Shown here: positions 60,482 to 64,000 of the stretch, one piece after another
How the letters are laid out: every line of letters starts with the position of its first letter
Numbering within the stretch: position 1 is the stretch's first letter
Assembly (NCBI GenBank): GCA_947085635.1
Contig: CAMTXC010000002.1
Location: 140,724-204,723, forward strand
Length of the DNA: 64,000 nt
Direction of reading: 5' to 3'
From: an uncultured Actinomycetes bacterium
GTDB taxonomy: Bacteria; Actinomycetota; Thermoleophilia; RBG-16-64-13
Position numbers and translations under genes: made by a program
Notes under the pieces: model-generated
What the model was told of the DNA's origin: nothing
Seen by the model: only the letters and a program-made list of their open reading frames with translations
Database searches by the model: none

Positions 60482-64000
<3,519 letters not shown>

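Overview
This is a gene-dense, high-GC bacterial chromosomal segment with about 60 CDS and one tRNA. I saw no rRNA, CRISPR array, transposase or prophage. Gene order (recN-pyrG-nudix-xerD ... scpA-scpB-rluB ... cmk ... der-plsY-gpsA) and frequent GTG/TTG starts with 4-nt GTGA/ATGA stop-start overlaps fit a deep-branching actinobacterium, possibly Rubrobacter-like; that placement is inference only. Most of the window is housekeeping: secDF, recJ, rel, hisS/aspS/alaS, ruvX, mltG, aromatic amino-acid genes, lipid genes, scpAB, cca, nucleoside salvage, pyrG and recN. The accessory signal lies at about 23-33 kb. A type IV pilus motor set (pilB-pilT-pilC) is translationally fused to aroE and followed by a group-3 sigma factor. 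PilB carries a tandem MshEN-type c-di-GMP-binding motif. A 92-aa protein carries one copy of the RsiG c-di-GMP motif (E-x3-S-x2-R-x3-H-x3-D) at the head of an orphan-FHA-MerR operon. A divergently transcribed PATAN(DUF4388) / MglB / MglA small-GTPase polarity module sits beside it, and a second PATAN domain is fused to a response regulator at 9 kb. Together these look like a multi-layer pilus control system (c-di-GMP, anti-sigma/sigma, Ras-like GTPase, FHA) whose combination I do not recognise as described. Other notable items are domain fusions (IscU-MnmA, DeoB-PNP, a nucleotidyltransferase with a degenerate phosphohexomutase, DHH-CBS-CCA), an extended RecJ, a degenerate anti-sigma-like gene next to a SigB-type sigma, a structured 5' leader, and short tandem repeats. 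All domain calls come from reading the supplied translations by eye; no searches were run.
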